64,000 bases of DNA, taken from NCBI RefSeq assembly GCF_004010195.1, contig NC_057720.1:72530893-72594892 (forward strand). Reading direction: 5' to 3'. The notes beneath the pieces were generated by a model that made no database searches, had not been told where the DNA came from, and saw only the letters and a list, made by a program, of their open reading frames with translations. Positions 25,622-38,465 of the stretch are shown here, piece by piece. Position 1 is the first letter of the stretch; each line of letters starts with the position of its first letter. This DNA comes from Chiloscyllium plagiosum (lineage: Eukaryota). The position numbers and the translations under genes were made by a program.

Positions 25622-26215
25622 ATAGAACATAGAACATAGAACAATACAGCACAGAACAGGCCCTTCGGCCCACGATGTTGTGCCGAACATTTGTCCTAGC
25701 TTAAGCACCCATCCATGTACCTATCCAATTGCCACTTAAAGGTCACCAAAGATTCTGACTCTACCACTACCACAGGCAGCGCATTCCATGCCCCCACCAC
25801 TCATTATTGGCCAGTTAACCTTCATATCTCATTTTTCCTCTGCGTATTTCCTTCTTAGTAATCCTCTGTTGCTCTTTAAAAGCTTCCCAGTCCTCAGTTT
25901 TCCTAATTATCTTTGCTATGTTCTCCCTTTTCTCTTTTAACTTTATATGTTTCTTAACTTCCCTCGTCAGCCACGGCCGCCCATGCCTCCTCCTGGGATC
26001 TTTCTTCCTTTTAGGAATGAACTGATCCTGCAACTTCTGCATTATACACAGAAATATCCGCCATTGTTCCTCCACGGTCATCCCTGCTAAGGTATTGCAC
26101 AATTGAACTTTGGCCAGCTCCTCCCTCATAGCTCCATAATTCCCTTTATTCAACAGAAATGCTGTCACTTCCGACTGTACCCTCTCCCTCTCAAATTGCA
26201 GATAGAAGCTTATTG
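25622..26215 (-). mobile_element. CR1-like LINE: 3' tail joined to an ORF2 middle fragment (internal deletion)
   Basis: (catagaa)n tail and ORF NKGNYGAMREELAKV...QFIP...RPWLTREVK. Confidence 0.88.
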
Positions 26216-26933
26216 NNNNNNNNNNNNNNNNNNNNNNNNNNNNNNNNNNNNNNNNNNNNNNNNNNNNNNNNNNNNNNNNNNNNNNNNNNNNNNNNNNNNN
26301 NNNNNNNNNNNNNNNNNNNNNNNNNNNNNNNNNNNNNNNNNNNNNNNNNNNNNNNNNNNNNNNNNNNNNNNNNNNNNNNNNNNNNNNNNNNNNNNNNNNN
26401 NNNNNNNNNNNNNNNNNNNNNNNNNNNNNNNNNNNNNNNNNNNNNNNNNNNNNNNNNNNNNNNNNNNNNNNNNNNNNNNNNNNNNNNNNNNNNNNNNNNN
26501 NNNNNNNNNNNNNNNNNNNNNNNNNNNNNNNNNNNNNNNNNNNNNNNNNNNNNNNNNNNNNNNNNNNNNNNNNNNNNNNNNNNNNNNNNNNNNNNNNNNN
26601 NNNNNNNNNNNNNNNNNNNNNNNNNNNNNNNNNNNNNNNNNNNNNNNNNNNNNNNNNNNNNNNNNNNNNNNNNNNNNNNNNNNNNNNNNNNNNNNNNNNN
26701 NNNNNNNNNNNNNNNNNNNNNNNNNNNNNNNNNNNNNNNNNNNNNNNNNNNNNNNNNNNNNNNNNNNNNNNNNNNNNNNNNNNNNNNNNNNNNNNNNNNN
26801 NNNNNNNNNNNNNNNNNNNNNNNNNNNNNNNNNNNNNNNNNNNNNNNNNNNNNNNNNNNNNNNNNNNNNNNNNNNNNNNNNNNNNNNNNNNNNNNNNNNN
26901 NNNNNNNNNNNNNNNNNNNNNNNNNNNNNNNNN
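26216..26933. other. Assembly gap (718 N)
   Basis: Run of N. Confidence 1.
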
Positions 26934-27235
26934 GCCCGGGGGACTTGTCTATCTTCAAGTTGTTCAAAATGTCCAACACGTCTTCCTTCCTAACAAGTAT
27001 CTCCTCTTCGCTTACCAGTCCGTTTCACACTCTCCTCTTCAACAATACGGTCCCTCTCGTTCGTACATACTGAAGAAAGTACTCATTCAAGACCTCTCCT
27101 ATCTCTTCCGACTCAATACACAGTCTCCCACTACTGTCCTTGATTGGACCTACCCTCGTTCTCGTCATTCTCATGTTTCTCACATACGCATAAAATGCCT
27201 TTGGGTTATCCTTGATCCTATCCGCCAGAGATTTT
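26934..27235 (-). mobile_element. CR1-like ORF2 fragment ending at KIDKSPG
   Basis: IKDNPKAFYAYVRN...LDILNNLKIDKSPG on the minus strand. Confidence 0.88.
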
Positions 27236-28727
27236 TCGGTGATTTATGCAGTGTAAAGAAGGTGGAAGATGCCAAGCATGTTAGATCACAATTTGGGAAG
27301 ACCTCCTGCTGTCTCATTACCTTTTCAACTATCAATGATGGTGCGTTGTTCTTGCCTTCTGGGTATGGAGTTAGCCTTAGCAATTGTGACTGAATTTTGT
27401 CAAATGTTGTAAGCTGAACTGCAGTAAAACTCCAGGGTTTGCATCTTCCTGACATTGGTACTCAATGATTTTGACAGTGTGCTCATTTTCACCTGTCAAC
27501 ATTAAGCTTCATTGCTTTGCATTGGTCGGGTTTCCTGCTGAAGTGTCAAAAATAAGTGTTGCTGGCATAAAATTTAAAATCCTAACTCTGCATGTGGTAC
27601 AATTACAAATTTTACTGCCCAAAGTGTTTACCACTGCAGTTCCTCTGCCAGCGAAATGGTGTGCACTTGGTGTGTTCTGAACCCTAATCATATTCCGTAA
27701 CAGGAAGAGAATATGCGGGGTGGGCAGGTGGAGCTTGGTTGGGAGGAGCTGTGCGGTGATTATTGTGGAGGGGTAAGAATTGTGGAGGTTGCTCTGAAAC
27801 CGTTAGAAATCTGAATTGGTCCCATCTAAGAATGTGTTCCTTTGGCAGCAACGTAAGTGCTTCCTGCTTTCTCACACTCAATGAGGTTTGGTGAATGTTT
27901 TCATTTGTAGATAAACCATAATCTATATCTGTAGTGAAATAGGATTAGCATTGGAAGAATGTGTGATTATGTAACAGTGCTGTTGGAGTCACATCATTAA
28001 GTAGAGCCAGCTGGAAGGGACCTGAAACTCTAACCTAGTGTGAAGAAAAAGTTCTCGTTCAAAGTTCCATAGACTCCAGCAACACTATGTTGAGAGACTA
28101 AGTAGAGCAAGACCTGAGCACACAATTAAACATGCTGGCAGCAACATTGGCAATGGAAAAGGCTACCAGAGGTGTTGAAATCTACCACTGAAGTGAATTT
28201 AGTGGTCAAGAAAATAAACTTTCTCCAATACCTCACCAGGATCAGGGACATTGCAAGGGTAACAGAAGGCTGGAGATCAATCCTAGAGACTGGATAGCAG
28301 TAAGCACTTCCCTGAAGCAGTGTGTAATGGGACACACACTGTTCCAGGTGAAGGAACAGTTCCAGTGTTCCATTGAGACATGAAGGCTAATCTGCTAGTC
28401 TCCAAACTGTTTGAGCCAATTGAGGGAACTGCCCTGAATGCTAAGTTTGGAAAGGAAAATTTATGAAGTGTTGAACTACCCCAGAATTAATGTGAAAAGC
28501 CAGAAGAGCCAAGTTAGTATATTACTTGACTCTTTGTTAGCGATGGTTTACATGGATAAGTATTACAGGTGTTTAATACTAATTTCAGGTTCTAAGAAAT
28601 TTAATTCTGACCTATCCTTTTTTGGTCCAAAATGGATAACCTCACACTTCCTTACACTGATCTCCATCTGCCACCGTTTTTCCCGTTCACTTTGTATGTC
28701 AATATTCCTTTGTGATTTTATGCTGTC

Positions 28728-29480
28728 AGAGTCAAACAATTTAGAGACAGACCCTTTGGTTCAATCAGTCCATACAACCTATAATCCCACACTAAACCAG
28801 TCCTACCTGCCTGTGTCTGGCCCATATCACTCCAAACATTTTTTATTCATATACTTTTCTGAATGTCTTTTAAATGTTGTAACTGTACCCGCATCCTCCA
28901 CTTTCTCTGGAAGTTAATTCCACACATAAACTATTTTGTGTTTAAAGAAAATTGCCCCTCCTGTCCTTTTTAAATCTTTCTCCTCTCACATTAAAAATAA
29001 ATCTTAAAATCTCTCATCCAAGGGAAAAGACACCTGCCACTTACCGTATCTATACCCTTCATTGTTTTATAAACCTCGATAATGTCACCTCTCAACCTCC
29101 TACGCTCCAGTGAAAAAAATCCCAGCCTATCCAGCCTCTCCTTATAACTCAAACCTTCCATTCCTGGCAACATCCTGGTAAATCTGTTCTGAATCCTCTC
29201 TGGCCTAGTAATGTCCTTCCTATAACAGAGTGACCAGAACTGCATACAGTACTTCAGAAAAGGCCTCATCAATGCCCTGTACAACCCCATAATGTCACAA
29301 CTCCCATACTCAAAGGTCTGAGCAATGAAGGCAAGCATGCTATATGTATTCTTAATCACCCTGTCGATATGTGAATCAAACTTGAAAGAAATATGTACCT
29401 CATCCCCTAGGTCTCTCTGTTCTATGACATTGCCCAAGGCCCTACTTTTAATTGTACAAGTCTTGCCTTTGTTTGTTTAC
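28728..29480 (-). mobile_element. Younger CR1-like 3' fragment nested in the older CR1
   Basis: ORF 28991-29437 LYRALMRPFLKYCMQFWS...FSLERRRLRGDIIEVYKTMKG plus 3' UTR. Confidence 0.88.
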
Positions 29481-31664
29481 TGAAATGAAAGATTATCTAT
29501 ACTGTCTAAAATACCACCCAACAGTGGTATTAGCAAATATGGATATACAAATTTCTGTCCCATTCTCCAAGTCATTAATAAATAATGTGAATATTTGAGG
29601 CCATAATACAGATCCTGTGGGACACCGCTGGTCACATTCTGCCAATTCTAGTGCCAACCCATTATTTTTACTTCCTGTTGCCTGTCATTCAGCTACTTTC
29701 CTAGCTATGTCAGTAATGTGCCCTCAATTTACCTTCTGGAAGTCCATACAGTCAACATCCATTGACATTCCCTTGTCTGCTATCCGAGCCATCTCTTCAA
29801 ACTAATTCAATGAAGTTTGACAGGCATGACCTACCTGTCATGAATCCATGCTGGCTCTTCCTGGTAAACTTAAAATTTTCAAGATGTTCAGTTGCCCCAT
29901 TCTTCATTGTCGACTCCAACACATTCTCCATTACAGACGTTAGGCTAACTGGTCTGTAATTCCTTGGTTTTACTCTTCTTAAAAAGCAGAGTGACATGCA
30001 ATCTTGCAGTCCAGAGGGGTAAATCCTGTACGTAAAGAACTCTGGAAGATTACGAATAGGTCATTTACCAACGTGCTCCCCAACTTCCTTTAAACACCTC
30101 AGATAGAAACCGTCAGGTTCTAGGGATTTGTTATTCTGTAATTCCATTAATTTCCTCATTACTGACATTTTACTTGTGTTAATTTTATTCAGTCTCTGTT
30201 CCTGATCGACTGGCAAGCTGTCCACCTTTTACACTATGAATACTGGGGCAAAGTAATTATTCAACATGTCTGCCATTTCCCCGTATTCATGGAAAATTCC
30301 CCACTTTCAGTCTTTAGTGAGCCAGCATTGCTGCTGACCACCTGCCTTCCCTTTATGTAACCAGAAAGTGATGTCTTATTGATTTTGATGCCCCTGGCAG
30401 TTTTCCTTCTTTAATCCCTTTTAGTAGGTCCTCTAAGCTGCTTTGTCTGCCTCAGATGGTCTTTGTATTTTTTTCATGCAGTAGGATTTGTGCTTTTTTT
30501 GCATTTTGTAAGCCATTTCTTTTAGTATTATGCTGTCCCTTATCTCTTTGGTTGTCTGTGGCTGTTTTTTTTTCTGTGAAGTGGAGCTTTCCCCTCTCAG
30601 GGGTATAAACTGTATTGTGTTAAATTTTTCTTGAAATGTCCTCTGCTGTTCTTCAGTTGTCTTACCCATTAGCAGATTGTCCCAGTTTACCGTGGATAGT
30701 CTCTGTCAAATTGCATTCATGTTGCCTGACCTAAATCTAAAATTCTGGGGGCTGATACTTTTTCACTTTCAAACACTACATTGAAATTGATTTTGATCAT
30801 GTTATGATCACTTTTATGGCCAATGTTCACACTGACTTAGGTTACTAATTAAATCTGGCTCATTACTCATTATGAAATTCCCTTGTGCATTCAGGATATA
30901 TTGCTGCAGGAAACTATACTGGACACTCTCCAGAAATTCACCAACTTTCTGTCAGGTAGGCTTGTTTGCCCCTCCCAACCCATTTTAGAGTTAAAATCCT
31001 ACATTAATACTACTTTGGCTTTGCTACATACTTGCCTAATTTCTGCTCTTATACAGTCTAGCACATCAGAGCTGCTTTAAGGGGGTCTGTACACATCTAT
31101 TAGAGTTTTAGACCTTTTACTGTTGCTGAGTTCCACCCTCATGGTGTCAACTGAATGCTCTTCCCTCATAACATTCTCCCTCACCGTTGCAATATTTGTT
31201 TTCTAATGATTGAGGTTACTCCACCTCCTCTGCTATTTTTCCTGTACATCCTGTGAACCTTAAAACCTGGCATTTTTAGATCCCAAACCTGATCATCCTC
31301 CAGACATATCTCGTAATGGCTGCTACGTCATCATCTCAAACTTAAATTTGTGCCTGCAGCCCATTTAATTTATTCCTTACACTCTGTGCATTTATATATA
31401 GATCTCTTACTTGGATCATACATTGTAATCTGTCGCTCAGCACTGATACTTGATTTACCTGTTTATTATTTCTCTCTTCCCGTTTAATTAATGCACGTTT
31501 TATAGTTTTGTGATTTACCTGCTGTACCTGAAGCAAGATTCCAGACTGTTGCTTTACTCTGTCCTGTTACTTTCTTTTGAAACTGTACGACTTCCCATGA
31601 GCCCCTCACCTCCAAATAGTAGTCTAAAGTCCTTATTCTACCCTTCACCTTTAGGGTTTTACAC

Positions 31665-31720
31665 CTGAAAAGTTAACTTCTCCACCTCCTGATGCTGCCT
31701 GGCTTGCTGCGCTCTTCTTA
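31665..31720 (+). mobile_element. Tiny Penelope pLTR-derived fragment
   Basis: ctgaaaagttaacttctccacctcctgatgctgcctggcttgctgcgctcttc. Confidence 0.5.
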
Positions 31721-33092
31721 CCCTATCAGCTCAGAATTGGACCCAGATCGGTTCTGGTAGACCCTAGCTCTATGGTACAGTTCCTTCCGTCTCAATACTG
31801 ATGCCAGTGCACCATGAAACAGAACCCCTCTTTGAGTCACACATTTACTTCCCTAGTTTTCTTATCTCCAAGCCAATTGCAAGTAGCTTGGGTAATAATG
31901 CAGAGATTGAGGTTGTGTTCTTTAATTTTATTCCTAATTCCTGATATTCCCCTAATAGAAATTCTTGTTTACTCCTGCCTAAATAACTGGATCTGCCCCC
32001 TCCCACTCCAGTATTCTTTCAAGCCAGTTCAGGGTGTCCCTTAGCTTGGCACCAGGGAAGCAACACATCATGCAGGACTCTCGATCCTGCTTACAAAGGA
32101 TGCTATCAGTACCTCTAATTCTAGAATTCCCTGTTGCAACCACTTTTCTTTAGATTCCCTCTATTTAAATGCACTCCTATACCATGGTGCATTGGTCAGT
32201 TTGCCTATCCCCTCCTGAGTCTTTTTCCTTAGGGAGCAAGTAGCTCAAACCTGTTGGACAAGGTCAAGAACTGAATCTCCTCCAATGCTAAATTCAGGAT
32301 CTCTCTACCTGCCTGACTTGTAGTCATATCTTCCTGTCCCTGACTACTGATCAAGTTTGAGGTATTCAAAGTGGTTTGACAGCCTCTTGAAACACAGCAT
32401 CAAAGTAACTCTCTCCTCCCTGATGTGTTGCAGTATCCAATGCTCAGACTCCAGCTCATTAACCCTGAACGGAGTTCTTCAAGCAACCAACATTTGTTAC
32501 AGATATAATCACTGTGAACCACAATGGAGTTCATCAGCTCCCATATCATGCAGGCACAACATGTCAGCTGGCCCTATATCTCTAAATTATTTAATTAGTT
32601 TTTAATTTGTAATATCCAGTATCCAGCTGGTCTTTAATTTTTAATCTGTAAAATATTTCTCCAAATTACCTTTAATCTGAAAGCAATTTAGAACTGGTAT
32701 TTGAATTAGCAGTTACTTACCAACCAATCAACTTATGGCTTTTCCTGTCACCTTACTCTGTTCTCCCCCTGCCATTTCTGATCCCTGAGTCACCTCTCCC
32801 ACTGGCTCCTCTTTTTGCTCAAAAATTCCTTAAGCCCTTACTTGGATATTAAAGAGGAGAATTACCCAACCAGGAGGAAAAAAGGACTGGTCACTTGCTC
32901 CCTCTGTCACCAAACTCCAATCAGTCTCTAATGCAGCAACGTAACACTTCAGCACAGGCTAATTTGTGTGCCCTTCATTGGATCTATACTATTCCTAATT
33001 TCCCTAGTTAGACATTGTTGGGCCAACTTTCCTGTTTCGTTTATGTGCCAGACAAGAATGTGCAATTGTTGCATTTCCTTCTCACGCTATTT

Positions 33093-33395
33093 GCGACATG
33101 GTGGGTCAGTAGTTAGAACTGCTGCCTCACAGCACCAGGGTCCCAGGTTCAACTCCAGCCTTGGGCAACTGTGTGTGTGGAGTTTGCACGTTCTCTCTGT
33201 GTGTGCACGGGTTTCCTCCAGGTGCTCTGGTTTCCTCCCTCAGTCCAAAAATGTGCAGGTCAGGTGAATTGGCCAAGCTAAATTGCCCGTAGTGTTAGGT
33301 GCATTAGTCGGGGGGGGCGGTCTTGGTCTTCAGAGGGCTGGTGTGGACTTGTTAAGCCGAAGGGCCTGTTTCCACACTGTAGGGAATCTAATCTA
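33093..33395 (+). mobile_element. HE1-type V-SINE
   Basis: tRNA head, V-domain and aatctaatcta tail. Confidence 0.9.
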
Positions 33396-33399
33396 TTTA

Positions 33400-34144
33400 A
33401 ATGTTCACTCTTGCCTATCCAGTGTCATCCTTTTTAAGTAATGTTCCTCAACTTATTGTAGCTAGCTCACACCTCTTAACATTGTAATTTCCTTTATTTA
33501 TATTCAGGACCCTAATCTCAGAATCAACTATGTCACTTTCTATGTTAATTAAGAATTCTATCATTGTATGGCCACTCTTCCCAAGGTGCCTTGCACAGAT
33601 TCCCAGTTATTCCTTTCTGATTACACAATACCTTGTCTAAAATGGCTTGTTCTCTAATTGGTTCCTCAACATATTGATCCAGAAAAGCATCCTCCTGCAT
33701 AATCCTGGAATTTCTCTTTTGCAGTATTGTTGCTGATCTGATTTGCCTAATCGATATACTGAGTAAAGTCATCCCAAAATTACAGCTGCACCTCTTTGCT
33801 TACATTTCTAATTTATTGTTTACTGCCTTCCTCATCAATACCACTACCATTCAGGGTCTATATTAAACCCCCACTCTAATTTTCTGCCCCTCTATCTATA
33901 CAGATTCTACTTCACCAAAACCAACATCCTTCCCCATTTTTGTAGGATTTTCCTTGTGACCAGCAAGACCACCCCACACCTTCTTTTCTTTTTTTCTGTC
34001 TTTCCTAAAATGGTAATGGACCTGGATATTTAGTTCCCATCCCTTGTTAGCCTGCAGCCACGTCTCTATAATCTCAACTACATCAGACCCATATGTACCT
34101 ATTTGTGTAACTAATGCATCCACTTTACTGTGGATGATTCTCAA
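33400..34144 (-). mobile_element. CR1-like ORF2 APE endonuclease fragment
   Basis: DVVEIIETWLQANKGWELNIQ..FRKDRK and FLDQYVEEPIREQAILDKVLCN. Confidence 0.85.
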
Positions 34145-35137
34145 ACTCCGGCTTGGGTAATAGCTATTCCTTCTTCAATATCAGTGAATCACTTCTGTAA
34201 TTGGAATGGACATCTCTGAACAGGGCTGCTCTTTTATAATAAACCGAGATTTTCTTCCACCAATGGAAATCATCCAAACTAGTGGTGGTGGATCAACAAA
34301 TGAGCTGTTTTGTCCTGATTTAACTGGTTAACATCCCTTCTGCTTTGTGAAGAGAGAGGGAAATGTTGATTCCTCTTTGTAATCCCTATTGATGCATCCA
34401 GAACAATGGATAGTGCATTCATTGGCAGTGGCATTTTTTTTCAAGTTACTGCCTTCTCAAAAATGCAAGCCTGACATTAGATTAAGAACAATTGGTGTGT
34501 ACATTAATCTACTGAGTGAAATATAATTTTCAGTATGTGCTGTTAAACAAATGAAACACTTAGTTGGAAGTCATCAGTAAAGAAATACGTGAACAGACGG
34601 AGGTACAGTATTTATGTGAACTAGCTGTATAATTCTGGTCATTTATAGAGAGGTCAGAGCACCACGGCTTAAGGTATCAGTTGATGCTGAGAGAAATAGG
34701 TTAATTTTCTTGCCAACGCACTTGAACATTGAATTGCCCGAACAATATATCATCTTTAGTTTAATAGCTCTGTCAGGCATCTGTTTATCTGACCAGCACA
34801 GAATTCTTAAGAGGGATCTCCTCAACATTTGTCAGAGATCATGAAAAGCAATTTGAGCATTCTTTTGCTCTAAAGGGCTTTGGAGTACACTTCTGAGTAC
34901 ATAAAGCGAAAGAATGAAGTCATTATGCATACAATAGCACGAATCATCCAACTAGTCAAAAACCTCATGCATTACAGTTACCTGAAATATTTGAATCTTT
35001 TGCTTGAATTTAAAGTAGCTCTGTAGCAGCACAAATAAATCTGGGTTTATATAGAGATTCCCCATGATTTCCAAAGTAGCCTCTGTCCATTGTAGAGTGA
35101 TAGTGGTGATAACACTCTCCTTAGGATATCATTAACT

Positions 35138-35463
35138 GGGGTGGCCCAGTGATTAGCACTGCTGCCTCCCAGCTCTAGGGGCCTGGGTTCAATTCCCACC
35201 TCAGGCGACTGTCTGTGTGGAGTTTGCACATTTTCCATGTGTCTGTGTGGGTTTCCTCCAGGTGCTCCTGTTTCCTCACACAATTCAAAACATGTGCAGT
35301 TTCAGGTGAATCAGCCATGCTAAGCTGCACATAGTATTAGGAGCATTCGTCAGGGGTAAATCTCGGGTAGGGGAATGGATCTGGATGTGTTACTCTTCGG
35401 AGGGTTGGTGTGGACTTATTGGGAGGGAGGGCCTATTTCCACACTGTAGGGAATTTAATCTAA
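35138..35463 (+). mobile_element. HE1-type V-SINE
   Basis: tRNA head, V-domain and 3' tail. Confidence 0.9.
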
Positions 35464-36296
35464 AATTGCATTTAAAAGGCAGCTTGCAGCCAATTGAAAT
35501 TGAAGCTATTAGAGGCATTCAGCATTCTTACTGACAATTGCCACTTAGAATGCAGATTACTTGCAAGACCTTGTTCCTCCAACTTCATTGTCATCATTAC
35601 TGATGATTTTTTTCTGTGTTTTCTCTCGCCTGTATTGGGAGTGAAATGAGCACTCCTTGCCATGCAAGTTGAAATTTAAAGTACAAGTTTTGTACACGAG
35701 TTGTGGCAGAAAATGTTAATAAAGTTTGCCCATTCAAGTTATTTTATATCATTCTGGTCTGAAACTGGAGAATGTAACCCTACTGCTGGTTGAACTGATA
35801 AAGTAACACTCAGGTAAGTAGTCAATTTTCATAACAAAACACATAAAGTAAAATCAAAGAGCATGAATGTGTGCTCTCCCCATAGAGGATAAACAGTAGG
35901 CTGTTCTCAGACGTTAATATAAAGGTGAAGCATTCCAACCATCTGAATGTTCATCTATTTAAGATAGTGCAAGGATTGATATTCATATTTTCACCTATCT
36001 CCAAAATGCATTGTTCACAGTCGATAATTCCCTGAATCACTTATGTTTCCAGTACACACGCTCCTGTCTCTGGAATGGCAGGGCAAATGTAAAATAAAAG
36101 CATTTTTTCTGAAGATTGTATGTACTTTGCTGGTGTTTCATTATTGTACCTTTTGTCCAATAAAACCAGTGAATTGTTTTACCTTGTGCATCTGGGTGTA
36201 AAACTGATGCAAACCAGATACTTTGTTACAATTGATATCAATGAAAATGAAATTCAGGTGATTCCTATAGTAGGAATTTGATTGCAACATCAGTTT

Positions 36297-36410
36297 TGGG
36301 GTCTTCTGGCACAATGATAGGACCCCTACCTCTGCGCCCAGAGGCTGGGGTCAGGTTCCATGTGGTCTAGAGCTGTGTCATACCATCTCTGAACATTAGA
36401 AAATATCTAT
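36297..36410 (+). mobile_element. Short tRNA-derived SINE-like unit (upstream of the 5S copy)
   Basis: tggcacaatgatagg A-box-like, cctacctctg and tail tgtgtcataccatctctgaacattagaaaatatct, homologous to 36546-36662. Confidence 0.6.
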
Positions 36411-36429
36411 GGTGAGAACAGGAGAAGTT

Positions 36430-36545
36430 GCCCAGAGCCATGCTGATGTGAAAACATCCAACCTCATCTGACCTCGGAAACTAAGCATATTCAGACTTAG
36501 TTAATATGTGGATGGGAGACTGTCTGGAAATATCGTGTAGGCTTT
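36430..36545 (+). pseudogene. Diverged 5S rRNA copy (pseudogene or SINE head)
   Basis: gcccagagccat...ctcatctgacctcggaaactaagca...gttaatatgtggatgggagactgtctggaaatatcgtgtaggcttt aligns end to end with vertebrate 5S (CTCGTCTGATCTCGGAAGCTAAGCA...GGATGGGAGACCGCCTGGGAATACC...TGTAGGCTTT). Confidence 0.88.
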
Positions 36546-36662
36546 AAGGATATGGTGTAATGTTAGTGTCCCTATCTCTGAGCCAGGAGATTCAGGTTCA
36601 AGCTGCAGCTGCTCCAGAGGTCTATAGTAAAATCTCTGAATAGATTGATGAAAAAATATCTA
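36546..36662 (+). mobile_element. tRNA-derived SINE-like unit fused to the 5S 3' end
   Basis: A-box tggtgtaatgttag, B-box ggttcaagc and tail atctctgaatagattgatgaaaaaatatct. Confidence 0.65.
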
Positions 36663-37755
36663 CAATGTCAGTCTTATGTCGAGTCAGTCAGTTTGAGAAT
36701 CTACTTCTTCCTATAATAATGTACTTAATGGCATGTGAGAATCACATTTGTGCAGAAGTGGTTCAAATATAAACTGGGGGCTTGGATTTTCCACAATCTG
36801 TGTTTTACTCCTTAAATTTGAATCGGGAGAAAGTGCCCCAACTGGACAGATCTTCATTCTGGAAACCACCTGGGCCTATTGGGTACACCTTTGGTGCTCC
36901 AGGATTTTCAAGGAAAAATGTAAGACAAAATAACAGCACCTCACTCCTCACATCCCCTCATGCCCCAACCCCTTCACATAGTTCTCGGGGCCCATCCATT
37001 CCAACAAATGCTGCTCCACACCAACCTATGAACCTGCAATTACCCCACAATCCTTAAGTCCTCTCCTCAGGCCTTTCAAACTGCCCAGTGCTAACCTGTG
37101 CCCACACTACCCGTTACACTTACATATCCAGGCCGATGCACTCAAAATTCACCATGAACAAACCTTAGGACCCAAAATGAGATGAAATAAGTTGTAAGTA
37201 TCTATTGGTAAATTCACAATTAGGCAAAATGTTCTCATTACAAAATGCCCATTCACTCTTTAATCCCTTCAAGCATTTAATCCCTTAAAACAACATGCAT
37301 TTTTATTCATAGCCCCACACCAGAGGCTTCATAACCACTCAGAGCCAATTAAACTGTAAACTGGCAGGCATCCCTCTGTGATAATGATATATGAAATCAA
37401 CAGCAGACATCCCAAACTGCAGACTTTTTTTAAAATTTAAGGCCGGGATTGAAACACTTTCAAGGTTTGACAGCTCCAGTGAGTTTATCCATTTCATTAA
37501 TGAAAAATTGTTATGGTGCCAAAGAAGGCCATTCAGCCTGTTGTGTCTGCACTGGCACATACATTTACTTTTAACAATCCCAAGGGACACTTGACTGCTC
37601 CAAAGGGTGTCACTTGATCATTCCAGATGGGTACCAATTCCTCTCCAAAACTGGTACCCTAACTCTCCAAAAAAAAATGTTTAGAACTTTCCAACAAAAT
37701 GTGCAAGGAGTGTTTTTGTTTGGACATCCCAATTGTCAAGCTTAACCCTGTTAGA

Positions 37756-37905
37756 AGGTGAATTGGTCATGCTAAATTGCCCGTAGTGTTAGGTAAAGGG
37801 GTAAATGTAGGGGAATGGGTGGGTTGCGCTTCGGCGGGTCGGTGTGGACTTGTTGGGCCAAAGGGCCTGTTTCCACACTGTAAGTTATTTAATCTAATCT
37901 AATCT
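37756..37905 (+). mobile_element. 5'-truncated HE1-type V-SINE
   Basis: 3' half plus (aatct)3 tail. Confidence 0.9.
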
Positions 37906-38203
37906 CACAGATCCTGGCTTTAAGTCAGTTGTGTGGGGCGGGGGGAGGTTTGCATCTTCAAATTTTCAAGTTCAAAGCATGTACCTTTCCCATTGTCTCT
38001 GCTATTATCACTACCCGCTAACCCCTCTAGGTAACTAGATTATATTACCTCTATGACCATGAGACTCATATTTGAGATAGTTGAATTTTTTAACTTGTTT
38101 CTCACCTCTAATCCATGATATGGTGCTACTGAGTCAGACAAGACACTAAAATCTGATAGAGGCAGGTCTGTTATCTTTATTTCCTACTTGTTGCTTTATT
38201 GGG

Positions 38204-38465
38204 ATTCAGGTTGTAAGTTTGCTCACTGAACTGGTAGATTTGTTCTCAGACGTTTCGTCACCACGCTAGATAACCTCATCAGTGAGCCTCCGGTGAAGCG
38301 CTAGTGTTCTGTCCCGCTTTCTATTTATGTGTCTTGGTTTGTTAAGGTGGGTGAACTTCCGGTTCTTTTTCTCAGAGGTGGCTAAATGGGGTCCAAATCA
38401 ATGTGGTTATTGATGGAGCTCTGGTCTGAATGCCAGGCCTCCTCTGCATATATCTGTTTAGGCTA
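38204..38465 (-). mobile_element. Penelope pLTR fragment (same family as 22417-23297)
   Basis: gtaagtttgctcactgaactgg...catcagtgagcctccggtgaagc...gaatgccaggcctc matches 22460-22710. Confidence 0.88.
38245..38286 (-). ncRNA. Minimal type I hammerhead ribozyme, apparently intact
   Basis: The minus strand reads cuca-CUGAUGA-G-guuauc-uagcgu-ggugac-GAAAC-GUC-ugag. Stem I cuca/ugag, stem II fully paired (2 GU), palindromic ACGU helix III. Confidence 0.85.

Larger units (their letters stand above)
28610..32620 (-). mobile_element. Old, long CR1-like LINE (ORF1 remnant, APE endonuclease, RT)
   Basis: LYINAQSVRNKL (APE N-terminus, ~31400), NYRPVSLTSV...SQHGFMTGRSCLSNFI (RT, ~29900) and decayed ORF1-like sequence at 31730-32600. 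Confidence 0.8.

Noticed and set aside
26103-27073. Long ORFs of 262-304 aa
   Set aside because: They run through an N gap and are artefacts.
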